Origin: Lachnospiraceae bacterium
Lineage (GTDB): Bacteria; Bacillota; Clostridia; Lachnospirales; Lachnospiraceae
NCBI GenBank assembly: GCA_051879015.1
Contig: JBJELF010000040.1
Coordinates: forward strand, 2,823 to 66,822
Direction of reading: 5' to 3'
DNA: 64,000 bases
The position numbers were made by a program, and so were the translations under genes. The notes under the pieces are model-generated. The model did not search any database. It had not been told where the DNA came from and saw only the letters and a program-made list of their open reading frames with translations. This document shows, piece after piece, positions 24,399 through 36,476 of this stretch. Every line of letters begins with the position of its first letter. The stretch's first letter is position 1.

Positions 24399-26606
24399 AT
24401 GAAGTCAAAGAAGAATGGAATTATCCGTCTGGTGGTTTTTGTTGTTATTTTGGCAGCAATTGTATATACAGCCATCGCCGGAGTGGATTCGACAGGGGCA
24501 GGCAGCATTTATAATATTAATCGCGGTCTGGACTTGGCAGGTGGTGTCAGCATCACCTATCACATTGTGGAGGAAAATCCTTCTGCAGAGGACTTGAGTG
24601 ATACCGTGTATCGTTTGCAGAAACGTGTGGAAAATTATTCCACCGAGGCAAAAGTTTACACTTCAGGGGAGGACCGTATCACGATTGATATTCCAGGTGC
24701 TACGGATGCCAATGCTATTTTAGCAGAGCTGGGCGAGCCAGGTACTCTGTATTTTGTGGTTGATTCGGAGTATGCGGATCAGTTAGATGGGGAAGAATTT
24801 TCTTGGGAGAGCTACAGCGGTATCGCCATTATGGACGGTAATTCGATTAAGGATGCTCAGGGTGTATCTACACAAAATCAGAACACAGGTGCTATCAGCT
24901 ATGAAGTTAGCTTAACATTGAATGATCAGGGGGCGGAAATTTTTTCCAAGGCAACAGAACTTTTGGTGGAAGATAAAGCTCCGATTTACATTGTGTACAA
25001 TGGTGAGACTGTCAGTGCTCCAACAGTACAGAGCCATATCACAGGTGGTATGTGCAGTATCACAGGTATGTCCAGTTTGGAAGATGCACAAAATTTAGCG
25101 GCTACTATTCGTATCGGCGCGCTTCGTCTGGAATTAGAAGAAGACTACTCCAGTGTCGTAGGTGCTGAGTTGGGTGCCAATGCCGTTTCCAGCAGTTTAA
25201 TGGCAGGAGTGATTGGTTTTATCCTGCTTATCATCTTCATGATTGCTATTTACCGTGTTCCAGGCATTGCAGCTGACTTGGCTTTGACGTTGTATGTAGC
25301 TTTGATGATTGTGCTGTTGAGTGCCTTTGAAGTGACACTGACTCTGTCAGGTATTGCAGGTATTATTCTTGGTATTGGTATGGCGGTGGATGCAAATATT
25401 ATTATCTTTTCTCGTATTCGTGAGGAACTTGAAGCGGATATGTCTGTAAAGACTGCCATCAAGAATGGTTTTGACAAGGCTACTTCTGCGGTTGTAGACG
25501 GAAATATCACTACCCTGGTTGCAGCTGCAGTATTGTACTTCCTCGCATCTGGTACTGTCAAGGGCTTTGCACAGACCCTGGCAATCAGTATTGTAGTTTC
25601 TATGTTTACTGCGTTGATTGTCACCCGTTTTATACTGAATGCATTTTTTGATTTGGGAATTGCAAACAATGCGAAGCAGTTTGGTAAAAATATTCGTTTA
25701 AAGACCATCAATTTTGTTGGAAAGAAGGCAGTATTCTTTGGATTGTCCGGTGTTTTAGTGGCAGCTGCTTTGTTGGGTATGGTATATTCCAAGGCGACTA
25801 CGGGAGATGCTTTTAACTATAGTCTGGAGTTTAAGGGTGGTACTTCCACTAATGTCACCTTCAACGAGGAGATGGACATCAACAACTTGGAGAATGATGT
25901 CCGCCCAGTCATCGAGGATGCAATTGGCAGCGTAGGAGCAATTTTTACACCGATTGTGGGCACCAATGAAGTTGTTATCAAGACCAATACCTTGACAGTG
26001 GAGCAGAGAACTGCTCTCTATGAGGCTTTAGCAGAAAACTTTGGCGTGGATGAGTCTTTGATTACCAATGAAAATATCAGTGCCAGTGTCAGCAAGGAGA
26101 TGAGTCAGGATGCAATCATTTCCATTATTGTAGCAACCATTTTGATGCTGATTTATATTCTGTTCCGTTTCAAAGACATTAAGTTTGCCTCCAGTGCAAT
26201 TTTGGCATTGATTCATGATATTTTAGTTACTGTATTGTTCTATGTCATGTTTAGATGGTCTGTTGGAAATACTTTTGTGGCATGTATGCTGACGATTGTA
26301 GGTTACTCGATCAATGCCACGATTGTTATCTTTGACCGTATTCGTGAGAATTTAGGTGTTATGGCAAAGGCTGATTTGACTGAGGTTGTGAATACATCTA
26401 TCACACAGACCTTGACTAGAACAGTATATTCTTCTTTGACAACAGTTGTCATGGTTATTGTACTGTACATTGTCGGTGTCACCAGTATCCGTGATTTTGC
26501 ACTGCCTTTAATTATCGGTATTATCTGCGGTACTTATTCTTCTGTATGCGTGACAGGTAATATGTGGTATGTCATGAAGAAGAAATTTCCAAGAAAGACA
26601 GCATAA
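24399..26606 (+). CDS. secDF: Protein translocase subunit SecDF (fusion)
   Basis: 735 aa with two blocks of six TM segments and periplasmic domains, carrying the DANIIIFSRIREE and NATIVIFDRIREN motifs. Confidence 0.92.
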   Translation: MKSKKNGIIRLVVFVVILAAIVYTAIAGVDSTGAGSIYNINRGLDLAGGVSITYHIVEENPSAEDLSDTVYRLQKRVENYSTEAKVYTSGEDRITIDIPGATDANAILAELGEPGTLYFVVDSEYADQLDGEEFSWESYSGIAIMDGNSIKDAQGVSTQNQNTGAISYEVSLTLNDQGAEIFSKATELLVEDKAPIYIVYNGETVSAPTVQSHITGGMCSITGMSSLEDAQNLAATIRIGALRLELEEDYSSVVGAELGANAVSSSLMAGVIGFILLIIFMIAIYRVPGIAADLALTLYVALMIVLLSAFEVTLTLSGIAGIILGIGMAVDANIIIFSRIREELEADMSVKTAIKNGFDKATSAVVDGNITTLVAAAVLYFLASGTVKGFAQTLAISIVVSMFTALIVTRFILNAFFDLGIANNAKQFGKNIRLKTINFVGKKAVFFGLSGVLVAAALLGMVYSKATTGDAFNYSLEFKGGTSTNVTFNEEMDINNLENDVRPVIEDAIGSVGAIFTPIVGTNEVVIKTNTLTVEQRTALYEALAENFGVDESLITNENISASVSKEMSQDAIISIIVATILMLIYILFRFKDIKFASSAILALIHDILVTVLFYVMFRWSVGNTFVACMLTIVGYSINATIVIFDRIRENLGVMAKADLTEVVNTSITQTLTRTVYSSLTTVVMVIVLYIVGVTSIRDFALPLIIGIICGTYSSVCVTGNMWYVMKKKFPRKTA

Positions 26607-26614
26607 TATAGTAG

Positions 26615-27757
<1,143 letters not shown>

Positions 27758-27781
27758 AAAATACTTTAGGAGGTAACACAT

Positions 27782-28096
27782 ATGTTTTTAGCACTGACAG
27801 GAAGCGCAGGTATGGGACTTGGTATGACTTTGATTTATATCGTTGTCATGATTGCCATTTTCTACTTCATCTTAATTCGTCCTCAGAAGAAGGAGCAGAA
27901 GGAAAAAGCGGAATTGCAGGCAGCTTTGGAAATCGGCGATTATGTTTTGACAACCGCTGGTTTTTATGGCGAGATTATTGATGTGACCGACGATACCGTA
28001 ATCGTTGAGTTCGGTAATAACAAGAACTGCCGTATTCCAATGCAGAAGGCAGCAATCGTGCAGGTTGAAAAGCCAGCAAAGAACGCAGAGGTTTAA
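27782..28096 (+). CDS. yajC: Preprotein translocase subunit YajC
   Basis: 104 aa with one TM segment, then ILIRPQKKEQKE and GDYVLTTAGFYGEI. Confidence 0.9.
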   Translation: MFLALTGSAGMGLGMTLIYIVVMIAIFYFILIRPQKKEQKEKAELQAALEIGDYVLTTAGFYGEIIDVTDDTVIVEFGNNKNCRIPMQKAAIVQVEKPAKNAEV

Positions 28097-28157
28097 TTAC
28101 AATAACCAAGATTCACTCATTTCTATTTACCGAGTGTGAGTTAAAAAAAGTGTATAA

Positions 28158-28202
28158 AACCAATTGCTGCATCGTAAAAGGTGGCAGCAGTTGGTTTTTA
28201 TT
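28158..28202 (+). terminator. Rho-independent terminator
   Basis: aaccaattgctgc-atcgtaaaaggtg-gcagcagttggtt followed by tttta. Confidence 0.8.
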
Positions 28203-28443
28203 TATTTTATACAAAAAAGTTAATTTTTTTGTATAAAAAATAATAATGACGTTTTAAGAATAGTACTGTAATCATAGAAAACATAAGGTTTTGCAAAATG
28301 CTTAAAAAATATGGAATCGTGTTATGATATGAAAGGAGAGGATTGGCTGAAATGGAATCCAGCCTCCCATTTGATAGGAAGATGGCACAGCAGTGGGTCT
28401 TTTAAGGAAAAGGTGCTGGGGTGTCTGCCATAGGTTTTTCTAG

Positions 28444-28480
28444 GTATCATGTCATGCAAAAGTGGCATGATACTTTTTTA
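28444..28480 (+). terminator. Terminator-like hairpin inside the yajC-leuB gap
   Basis: gtatcatgtcatgc-aaaa-gtggcatgatac followed by tttttta. No annotated gene ends here. Confidence 0.5.
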
Positions 28481-28737
28481 TGTCGTTTAGAAGTAATTCT
28501 TGTTAGCAGAATAGATTATGCAGTAATGTTATATCAAATCCCATTATCTATAAAAATGAGTTATATCGAAAATTCCAAAAATATATAGAAAGACCTTAGA
28601 CAACGGTTGAAAAATTTGCTATTATGTTCTAAGATATATAAAATATCCTTTCGTAAATGCGGCAATTTTGCGAGGTAGTATAACGATTGGATTTTATAGG
28701 AAAAGAAGCCAGTGTGATCTGGCATTGGAGGTAAAAA

Positions 28738-29820
28738 ATGAATTTTCATATTGCATTGATTCCGGGAGATGGAATTGGACCAGAAATTGTAGCGGAAGCA
28801 AAAAAAGTCTTAGATAAAACAGCAACATTAAACGGACATGAGTTTACATATGAAACCTTGTTGATGGGTGGATGTTCCATCGATGCTTATGGCAGTCCAC
28901 TGACAGATGAAACCTTAGCTCGTGCCAAGGCAGCAGATGCAGTTCTTTTGGGAGCTGTTGGCGGCAATGTGGGCAACTCTCGTTGGTATGCAGTAGCACC
29001 AAACTTGCGCCCAGAGGCAGGTTTGCTGCGTATTCGCAAGGGAATGGGACTCTTTGCCAACATTCGTCCAGCCTACTTGTATGATGAGCTGAAGGCAGCT
29101 TGCCCCTTGAAGGAGGAAATTATTGGTGACGGCTTTGATATGGTTATCATGAGAGAGTTGACAGGCGGACTTTATTTTGGAGATAGAAAAACAGAGATGG
29201 TAGACGGCGTGTTGAAGGCAACGGATGTACTGAATTATGATGAGAATGAGATTCGTCGTATTGCCATCAAAGCATTTGATATTGCCATGAAGCGCAGAAA
29301 GAATGTTATCAGCGTGGATAAAGCAAATGTATTAGATTCTTCCAGACTTTGGAGAAAGGTAGTGGAGGAAGTAGCAAAGGATTATCCAGAAGTGACTTTG
29401 AAGCATATGTTAGTAGACAATTGTGCAATGCAGCTAGTCATGAATCCGGGACAATTTGATGTCATCTTGACAGAGAATATGTTTGGTGATATTCTGTCAG
29501 ATGAAGCAAGCATGATTACAGGTTCCATCGGTATGCTCTCTAGTGCAAGTTTAGGTGCAGGAAAAGTCGGTCTCTATGAACCAAGTCACGGTTCCGCACC
29601 AGATATCGCAGGCAAAAATATTGCAAACCCAATTGCTACGATTCTGTCGGCAGCTATGATGCTGCGCTACTCCTTTGATTTAGACAAGGAGGCAGATGCC
29701 ATTGAGGCAGCAGTGAAGGCAGTATTGTCAGACGGTTATCGCACTATCGATATTATGTCAGAAGGATGCAGGCAGGTTAGTACCACAGAGATGGGTGATT
29801 TAATCTGCAATTATCTATAA
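28738..29820 (+). CDS. leuB: 3-isopropylmalate dehydrogenase
   Basis: [44 protein letters not shown] and [14 protein letters not shown]. Confidence 0.95.
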   Translation: MNFHIALIPGDGIGPEIVAEAKKVLDKTATLNGHEFTYETLLMGGCSIDAYGSPLTDETLARAKAADAVLLGAVGGNVGNSRWYAVAPNLRPEAGLLRIRKGMGLFANIRPAYLYDELKAACPLKEEIIGDGFDMVIMRELTGGLYFGDRKTEMVDGVLKATDVLNYDENEIRRIAIKAFDIAMKRRKNVISVDKANVLDSSRLWRKVVEEVAKDYPEVTLKHMLVDNCAMQLVMNPGQFDVILTENMFGDILSDEASMITGSIGMLSSASLGAGKVGLYEPSHGSAPDIAGKNIANPIATILSAAMMLRYSFDLDKEADAIEAAVKAVLSDGYRTIDIMSEGCRQVSTTEMGDLICNYL

Positions 29821-30078
29821 TTGATTTAGGTAAGGTGTCAAAATATAATAAAGAAAATTGTGTTTTGAAACAAATTATAGTTATTTATAATCGTATATTC
29901 GAGCCCGAGCAGTATTATTTTTGTGGAGCGAAGTAAACTCCCACCCATGCCAAACAATTTCTGAGTGAAAGTATGATTCAAGAAAGGAAATAAATGGTTT
30001 GGGAGGTTGCTGAGTGGAACAAAACATAAACTGCGAGCGGCGAGTATGAAAATATAGAAGTAGGAGGATAAACGTATT

Positions 30079-31746
30079 ATGAAGAGTGATGCAGTTAAGA
30101 CAGGTATGCAGCAGGCACCCCATCGTTCTCTGTTCCATGCTCTTGGATTTACCCAGGAAGAACTGAAGAAGCCAATGATTGGTATTGTCAGCTCTTACAA
30201 TGAAATTGTGCCAGGTCATATGAATCTGGATAAAATAGTAGCAGCCGTCAAGCAGGGTGTTGCCTTGGCTGGCGGTGTCCCAGTCGTCTTCCCAGCCATT
30301 GCCGTCTGTGATGGTATTGCTATGGGACATGTAGGTATGAAGTATTCTCTGGTAACAAGAGATTTGATTGCTGACTCCACCGAGGCTATGGCAATTGCAC
30401 ATCAGTTTGATGGTCTGGTTATGGTTCCAAACTGTGATAAGAATGTGCCAGGACTTTTAATGGCAGCTGCTCGCCTTAACATCCCTACCGTTTTCGTCAG
30501 CGGTGGTCCAATGTTGGCAGGTCATGTCAATGGCAAGAAGCGCAGTCTTTCTTCTATGTTTGAGGCAGTAGGTTCTTATGCAGCAGGTACTATGACAGAG
30601 GAAGAGGTCGTCAACTTTGAGAATAATGTATGTCCTACCTGTGGTTCCTGTTCAGGTATGTATACTGCTAATTCTATGAACTGTCTGACGGAAGCGATTG
30701 GTATGGGACTTCGCGGAAATGGTACCATTCCAGCAGTTTATTCTGACCGTCTGATTTTGGCAAAACATGCTGGTATGAAGATTATGGAACTGTTGGAGAA
30801 AAATATTCGTCCAAGAGATATCATGACGGAGAAGGCATTTTTGAATGCGTTGACGGTGGATATGGCTTTGGGATGCTCTACCAACACGATGCTCCATTTG
30901 CCAGCTATCGCTCATGAGGCCGGTGTGGAAATCAATCTGGATATTGCAAATGAAATCAGCAGCCGCACACCAAATCTGTGTCATCTGGCACCAGCTGGTC
31001 CGACCTACATGGAGCAGCTTAATGAAGCTGGCGGTATCTATGCAGTTATGAATGAATTAAATAAAAAGGGACTGCTTTACACGGATTTGATTACAGCAAC
31101 AGGAAAGACTGTGGGAGAAAACATTGCAGGCTGTGTCAACAGAGACCCAGAGGTCATTCGTCCGATTGAGCATCCATACAGCGAGACCGGTGGCATTGCT
31201 GTGTTGAAGGGAAATTTGGCACCGGATTCTGGTGTGGTAAAGCGCTCAGCTGTTGTGCCTGAAATGCTTGTACATGAAGGACCAGCAAGAGTCTTTGACT
31301 GTGAGGAAGATGCCATTGCCGCTATCAAGGGCGGCAAGATTGTGGCTGGTGATGTGGTAGTCATTCGTTACGAGGGACCAAAGGGAGGTCCGGGTATGAG
31401 AGAGATGCTCAATCCTACTTCCGCTATCGCAGGTATGGGACTTGGCTCCTCTGTCGCATTGATTACCGACGGTCGTTTCAGTGGTGCTTCCAGAGGTGCA
31501 AGTATCGGACATGTCTCTCCAGAGGCAGCGGTTGGAGGTCCAATTGCATTGGTAGAGGAAGGTGATATCATCAAAATTAATATTCCTGAAAATAAGCTGG
31601 AATTAGATGTATCTGATGAGGTATTAGCTGAGAGAAAGGCAAAATGGCAGCCAAGAGAGCCTAAGATTACTACTGGATATTTGGCAAGATATGCTTCCTT
31701 AGTGACATCTGCAAATCGTGGGGCTATTTTGGAAGTAAAGAAATAA
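30079..31746 (+). CDS. ilvD: Dihydroxy-acid dehydratase
   Basis: [40 protein letters not shown] and [10 protein letters not shown]. Confidence 0.95.
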   Translation: MKSDAVKTGMQQAPHRSLFHALGFTQEELKKPMIGIVSSYNEIVPGHMNLDKIVAAVKQGVALAGGVPVVFPAIAVCDGIAMGHVGMKYSLVTRDLIADSTEAMAIAHQFDGLVMVPNCDKNVPGLLMAAARLNIPTVFVSGGPMLAGHVNGKKRSLSSMFEAVGSYAAGTMTEEEVVNFENNVCPTCGSCSGMYTANSMNCLTEAIGMGLRGNGTIPAVYSDRLILAKHAGMKIMELLEKNIRPRDIMTEKAFLNALTVDMALGCSTNTMLHLPAIAHEAGVEINLDIANEISSRTPNLCHLAPAGPTYMEQLNEAGGIYAVMNELNKKGLLYTDLITATGKTVGENIAGCVNRDPEVIRPIEHPYSETGGIAVLKGNLAPDSGVVKRSAVVPEMLVHEGPARVFDCEEDAIAAIKGGKIVAGDVVVIRYEGPKGGPGMREMLNPTSAIAGMGLGSSVALITDGRFSGASRGASIGHVSPEAAVGGPIALVEEGDIIKINIPENKLELDVSDEVLAERKAKWQPREPKITTGYLARYASLVTSANRGAILEVKK

Positions 31747-31795
31747 TGAGAAAGTTTCATATACATAAAAGAAAATAAAGGAAAGAGGAAATCAT

Positions 31796-33496
31796 ATGCA
31801 ATTAACAGGTTCTCAGATTGTGGTTGAATGTTTGAAAGAGCAAGGAGTAGACACCGTATTTGGTTATCCGGGTGGCTGTATTTTAAATATTTATGATGAG
31901 TTGTACAAACACTCAGGAGAAATTAGACATATTTTGACATCGCATGAGCAGGGAGCTGCCCATGCAGCTGATGGTTATGCCAGAGCGACAGGTAAGGTAG
32001 GTGTTTGTATGGCTACCTCTGGTCCTGGTGCCACCAACTTAGTTACAGGTATCGCAACAGCTTACATGGATTCTATTCCGATTGTAGCAATCACTGCCAA
32101 CGTAGGTGTTAACTTACTGGGTAAGGATTCCTTCCAGGAAATTGATATTGCCGGTGTGACTATGCCAATCACCAAGCATAATTACATTGTAAAAAAAGTA
32201 GACGATTTGGCGAATGTAATCCGCAGTGCTTTCCGTATTGCAAAGGAGGGACGTCCAGGTCCAGTACTCATTGATATCACAAAGGATGTAACATCCAATA
32301 AGGCTGAATACACACCAAAGACTCCAGAAATTATTAAGAGAGTGACTTCTACCATCGAGAGTGCAGATGTGGAGAGAGCGGTTGCCATGATTCACGCAGC
32401 TAAGAAGCCATTTGTTTTTGTTGGTGGTGGTGCTGTTCTTTCTGGTGCATCGTCCGAGCTGGCTGAGTTTGTAGACAAGGTGGATGCACCTGTTACCGAT
32501 ACCTTGATGGGCAAAGGTGCTTTTGACGGTGAGGATCCAAGATATGTGGGTATGTTGGGTATGCATGGTACAAAAACAGCAAACTTCGGTGTATCCCGCT
32601 GCGACTTGCTGATTGTTATTGGTTCTCGTTTCAGTGACCGTATTTACGGAAATGCAAAGAAGTTCGCTCCAGAGGCAAAAGTTTTGCAGATTGATGTAGA
32701 TCCAGCAGAAATCGACAAAAATATCAAGACACATGCTTCCATTATCGGCGACATTAAGTCTGTGTTGGAGATTTTGAATGCAAAGCTGACTCAGCAGAGT
32801 CATAAGGACTGGATGCAGGAAATTGAGTATATCAAGGAAAAGTATCCAATGACCTATCCAAAGGATGTGCTGACTGGTCCGTATGTAATGGAAAAATTGT
32901 ATGAGATGACAAAGGGTGATGCCATTATCTGTACGGAAGTTGGACAGCATCAGATGTGGGCAGCTCAGTACTACAAGTATAGAAAGCCAAGAGTACTTTT
33001 AACTTCTGGTGGTTTGGGAACCATGGGTTATGGTCTCGGTGCTTCCATCGGAGCCAAAATTGGTCGTCCAGATAAATTGGTATTTAACATTGCTGGTGAT
33101 GGGTGCTTCCGCATGAACATGAACGAACTCGCTACCGCTACTCGTTATGAGGTGCCAATTATTGAAGTTGTTATGAATAATAAGGTACTTGGTATGGTTC
33201 GTCAGTGGCAGACTTTATTCTATGGAAAGCGTTATTCGGCTACTGTTTTGGAGGATAAGGTAGACTTCTGTAAGCTGGCGGAAGCGATGGGTGCGAAGGC
33301 ATTTCGTATTAATACCTGCGAGGAAGTAGAGCCTATCATGAAGGAAGCTATGGAATGGAGTCAGAACGGTGTGCCAGTTTTAGTAGAATGTATGATTGGA
33401 AAGGATGAAAAGGTATTCCCGATGGTAGCACCGGGGGCTGCTATTTCTGAATGTTTTTCTGAGGAAGATTTAGAGCAGAGACATATGAACAACTAA
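31796..33496 (+). CDS. ilvB: Acetolactate synthase, large (catalytic) subunit
   Basis: VFGYPGG, ATSGPGATNL, and the TPP-binding GGLGTMGYGLGASIGA...GDGCFRMN motif. Confidence 0.92.
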   Translation: MQLTGSQIVVECLKEQGVDTVFGYPGGCILNIYDELYKHSGEIRHILTSHEQGAAHAADGYARATGKVGVCMATSGPGATNLVTGIATAYMDSIPIVAITANVGVNLLGKDSFQEIDIAGVTMPITKHNYIVKKVDDLANVIRSAFRIAKEGRPGPVLIDITKDVTSNKAEYTPKTPEIIKRVTSTIESADVERAVAMIHAAKKPFVFVGGGAVLSGASSELAEFVDKVDAPVTDTLMGKGAFDGEDPRYVGMLGMHGTKTANFGVSRCDLLIVIGSRFSDRIYGNAKKFAPEAKVLQIDVDPAEIDKNIKTHASIIGDIKSVLEILNAKLTQQSHKDWMQEIEYIKEKYPMTYPKDVLTGPYVMEKLYEMTKGDAIICTEVGQHQMWAAQYYKYRKPRVLLTSGGLGTMGYGLGASIGAKIGRPDKLVFNIAGDGCFRMNMNELATATRYEVPIIEVVMNNKVLGMVRQWQTLFYGKRYSATVLEDKVDFCKLAEAMGAKAFRINTCEEVEPIMKEAMEWSQNGVPVLVECMIGKDEKVFPMVAPGAAISECFSEEDLEQRHMNN

Positions 33497-33521
33497 TCCA
33501 CTCTAGTCAAAGGAGGAGCTT

Positions 33522-34148
33522 ATGGAACTGAAAAAGAAATATGAAGATGAAGTTGCTTTAAAAGAACAGGTATTAAGCGAAAGCATGAAAAATATTCAAA
33601 AGGCTCTGAATCAGATAGATACATTGGAAAATGAAATGAATACCTTGCTGAAAGATTATCTGACATCTGTAAATTCTATTCAGGCAAAGTTAGATCATGA
33701 GCGAAGCTCAGTGCAGGAAGAAATAGAAAAATTAGGAACTTGTCCAGCACCGAGAGCGATTTATCGAGAGGTCGAGAAGAAAGAGAAGCGATTTATTTTC
33801 TTTACTAAAGCTTGGAAGGAAATAGAGCAGGAAGGCTATGACTACAGCAAATGTGAGGAATGGAAAGAACAGAAGGCGCAGTTGGATAAAAAGTATAACG
33901 ATATGCTAAATAAAATCTACGATGAAATGAAATGGAAAGCTTCTGAATTGAAAGAAATCTTGGCCTTACAGCGTCAGTTGGTGGAACTGCTGAGAGTAAA
34001 GAAAGTAATGCCTATAGATGAGGAAGCAGAGTCGGAGATGTCCGAGGCAGTAAAAACAGAGAAAGCTTCTCAAGATGTGGAGACAGTTGAGACCATCGAA
34101 ACCTCTGAGGATGAGATGGATATTGCTGAACTAGAAACGGTGGAGTAA
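33522..34148 (+). CDS. Hypothetical coiled-coil protein with an acidic C-terminus
   Basis: 208 aa, K/E-rich heptad-like sequence ending in an E/T/D-rich tail. RBS AAAGGAGGAG. It starts 25 nt after the ilvB stop. I recognise no family. Confidence 0.5.
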   Translation: MELKKKYEDEVALKEQVLSESMKNIQKALNQIDTLENEMNTLLKDYLTSVNSIQAKLDHERSSVQEEIEKLGTCPAPRAIYREVEKKEKRFIFFTKAWKEIEQEGYDYSKCEEWKEQKAQLDKKYNDMLNKIYDEMKWKASELKEILALQRQLVELLRVKKVMPIDEEAESEMSEAVKTEKASQDVETVETIETSEDEMDIAELETVE

Positions 34149-34191
34149 GAAAATTGGGTTACTATGCTATAACCTGTATTTGCCGTAAAAA

Positions 34192-34218
34192 ACGGAGCCC
34201 TCACGGGCTCCGTCATTT
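34192..34218 (+). terminator. Rho-independent terminator
   Basis: acggagccc-tcac-gggctccgt followed by cattt. Confidence 0.7.
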
Positions 34219-34373
34219 AATTAATTTTAAAATTATTAAGTTAAGGGTAAATCTTGGGATTTGCCCTTTTAACATTTTTACAATAGATGTGCGAAAAACT
34301 TACTCCACCTGTGCCCTTGAGTATTAAGAGTGGGATGGATAGCGTAAATTATAAAATGATACATATGTAACGG

Positions 34374-34402
34374 TTGAAAATATACACATTTTATGTTATA
34401 AT
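34374..34402 (+). promoter_or_regulatory. Sigma-A type promoter upstream of lepA
   Basis: TTGAAA (34374-34379), a 17-nt spacer, then TATAAT (34397-34402). This implies a 5' UTR of about 240 nt. Confidence 0.6.
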
Positions 34403-34485
34403 TTTGCGGCGAAAACTCACATGCAAACCGTTTTCAGTGTTTAGGTAATATGTTTGTTACGGAATCTAAAAATGCAAGCAAACTA

Positions 34486-34546
34486 ATGAAATCCATTTTC
34501 ATGCAAGTATGAAATGGATGACCTTTTGACTTTGGTATCATATAAT
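34486..34546 (-). repeat. Dispersed structured repeat, family A (hairpin plus CCTTTTGAC-TTGGTATCAT tail)
   Basis: atgaaatccattttcatgcaagtatgaaatggatgaccttttgactttggtatcatat. It is the reverse orientation of the copies at 44261, 48928 and 53498. Confidence 0.7.
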
Positions 34547-34647
34547 AAGTTTCGATACAAGTCTTATGCTATCGTGAATATCTACAATGATGCAATTACT
34601 GTTTGATTTGGCTGAATATCTAGAAAATATTGGAGGATTAAAATAAT

Positions 34648-36462
34648 ATGGGAAATACAGAACAAAGCAGAATCCGCAATTTCTGCATTATCGCTCACAT
34701 TGATCATGGAAAATCAACCTTGGCGGACCGTATCATTGAGATGACAGGTCTTTTGACTAGCCGAGAGATGCAGGCACAGGTGCTTGACAACATGGATTTA
34801 GAGCGTGAGCGTGGAATTACAATTAAGGCGCAGTCTGTTCGCACCATTTATAAGGCGAAGGATGGAAATGAATATATATTTAATTTAATTGATACTCCTG
34901 GACATGTAGATTTTAATTATGAGGTGTCCAGAAGTTTGGCAGCCTGTGATGGTGCAGTGTTGGTGGTCGATGCAGCACAGGGCATTGAGGCGCAGACTCT
35001 TGCCAATGTCTATTTGGCATTGGATCACAATCTGGATGTTTTTCCAGTAATTAACAAAATTGACTTGCCCAGCGCTGATCCAGAGCGTGTTATCAACGAA
35101 ATAGAAGATATCATTGGCATTGAAGCACAGGATGCCCCTCAGATTTCCGCAAAGACAGGACTTAATGTAGAGGAAGTGTTAGAGCAGATTGTGACTAAAA
35201 TTCCAGCTCCGACAGGAGATCCAGATGCGCCGTTGAAAGCATTGATTTTTGACTCTGTTTACGATTCTTATAAAGGTGTGATTGTCTTTTTCCGTGTCAA
35301 GGAGGGTCGTATCTCCAAGGGTACAAGGATTCATATGATGGCGACAGGCTTTGAGGCAGATGTGGTTGAAGTAGGTTATTTTGGTGCAGGACAGTTTATT
35401 CCATGCGAAGAGCTGTCAGCGGGTATGGTTGGATATTTAACCGCCAGCATCAAAAATGTAAAGGATACACGTGTAGGTGATACCATCACGCGTGTGGACA
35501 ATATGGCAAAAGAGCCGTTGCCGGGATACAAGAAAGTGACGCCAATGGTTTATTGTGGTTTGTATCCTGCTGACGGTGCAAAGTATCCTGATTTGCGGGA
35601 TGCGTTGGAAAAATTGCAGCTCAACGATGCTTCTCTTTTCTTTGAGCCAGAAACCTCTATTGCATTGGGTTTTGGATTTCGCTGTGGATTTTTGGGATTG
35701 CTGCATTTGGAGATTATTCAGGAACGCTTGGAGCGTGAGTATAATTTGGATTTGGTGACTACGGCACCAGGCGTTGTGTATCATATTCACAAGACTGACG
35801 GCACGATGATAGAACTGACAAATCCATCCAATATGCCTGACCCCTCTGAAATTTCTTATATGGAAGAGCCATATGTGTCAGCAGAAATTATGGTAACTTC
35901 CGAGTTTATTGGTGCTATCATGGATTTGTGTCAGGAACGCCGTGGTATTTATCAGGGCATGGAGTATATTGAAGAGACAAGAGCTGTTCTTCGCTATGAT
36001 TTGCCGCTGAATGAAATTATTTACGATTTCTTTGATGCATTGAAATCACGTTCCCGTGGTTATGCTTCCTTTGACTACGAGATGAAGGGGTATGAGCGCA
36101 GTGAGTTAGTGAAGTTGGATATTCTTGTGAATCGTGAGGAAGTGGATGCATTATCGTTCATTGTTTTTGCAGACAGTGCTTATGAACGTGGACGCAAGAT
36201 GTGCGAGAAATTAAAAGAAGAAATACCCAGACAGCTTTTTGAGATTCCAATTCAGGCAGCTATTGGCAGCAAGGTTATTGCTCGAGAGACGGTACGTGCT
36301 ATGAGAAAGGATGTCTTGGCAAAATGTTATGGTGGTGATATCACACGTAAAAAGAAGCTGTTGGAAAAGCAGAAGGAAGGAAAGAAACGTATGCGCATGA
36401 TTGGAAATGTGGAGATTCCTCAGAAGGCATTCATGAGCGTTTTGAAGTTAGATGAGAAATAA
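34648..36462 (+). CDS. lepA: Elongation factor 4
   Basis: [34 protein letters not shown] and the C-terminal LepA-specific region. Confidence 0.95.
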   Translation: MGNTEQSRIRNFCIIAHIDHGKSTLADRIIEMTGLLTSREMQAQVLDNMDLERERGITIKAQSVRTIYKAKDGNEYIFNLIDTPGHVDFNYEVSRSLAACDGAVLVVDAAQGIEAQTLANVYLALDHNLDVFPVINKIDLPSADPERVINEIEDIIGIEAQDAPQISAKTGLNVEEVLEQIVTKIPAPTGDPDAPLKALIFDSVYDSYKGVIVFFRVKEGRISKGTRIHMMATGFEADVVEVGYFGAGQFIPCEELSAGMVGYLTASIKNVKDTRVGDTITRVDNMAKEPLPGYKKVTPMVYCGLYPADGAKYPDLRDALEKLQLNDASLFFEPETSIALGFGFRCGFLGLLHLEIIQERLEREYNLDLVTTAPGVVYHIHKTDGTMIELTNPSNMPDPSEISYMEEPYVSAEIMVTSEFIGAIMDLCQERRGIYQGMEYIEETRAVLRYDLPLNEIIYDFFDALKSRSRGYASFDYEMKGYERSELVKLDILVNREEVDALSFIVFADSAYERGRKMCEKLKEEIPRQLFEIPIQAAIGSKVIARETVRAMRKDVLAKCYGGDITRKKKLLEKQKEGKKRMRMIGNVEIPQKAFMSVLKLDEK

Positions 36463-36476
36463 GATACGGTCCGTTT

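Noticed and set aside
25250-25792. Minus-strand 180-aa ORF in secDF, with similar long antisense ORFs in dnaK (41257-41886), gatA/gatB (18945-19532) and pyk (1756-2223)
   Set aside because: All are antisense to strongly supported housekeeping genes and have no RBS or recognisable motifs.
28097-30078. T-box riboswitches upstream of leuB and ilvD
   Set aside because: I looked for the conserved T-box sequence (AAnnnGGGTGGTACCGCG-like) and a specifier-loop architecture and found neither. The leuB leader downstream of its likely promoter is only about 100 nt. Some other leader mechanism remains possible.
29881-30402. Minus-strand 173-aa ORF
   Set aside because: It largely overlaps the 5' part of ilvD on the opposite strand. 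It is Cys/His/Trp-rich, which is typical of antisense translation of a real gene.
32114-32950. Minus-strand 278-aa ORF
   Set aside because: It lies entirely antisense to ilvB, which has unambiguous TPP-enzyme motifs. It is a shadow ORF.
34285-34370. A GTGCG-containing segment (atgtgcgaaaaacttactccacc...) upstream of lepA, considered as a possible group II intron fragment or small ORF
   Set aside because: No domain V-like element follows. The 27-aa ORF has no RBS. A GTGCG pentamer alone is meaningless.
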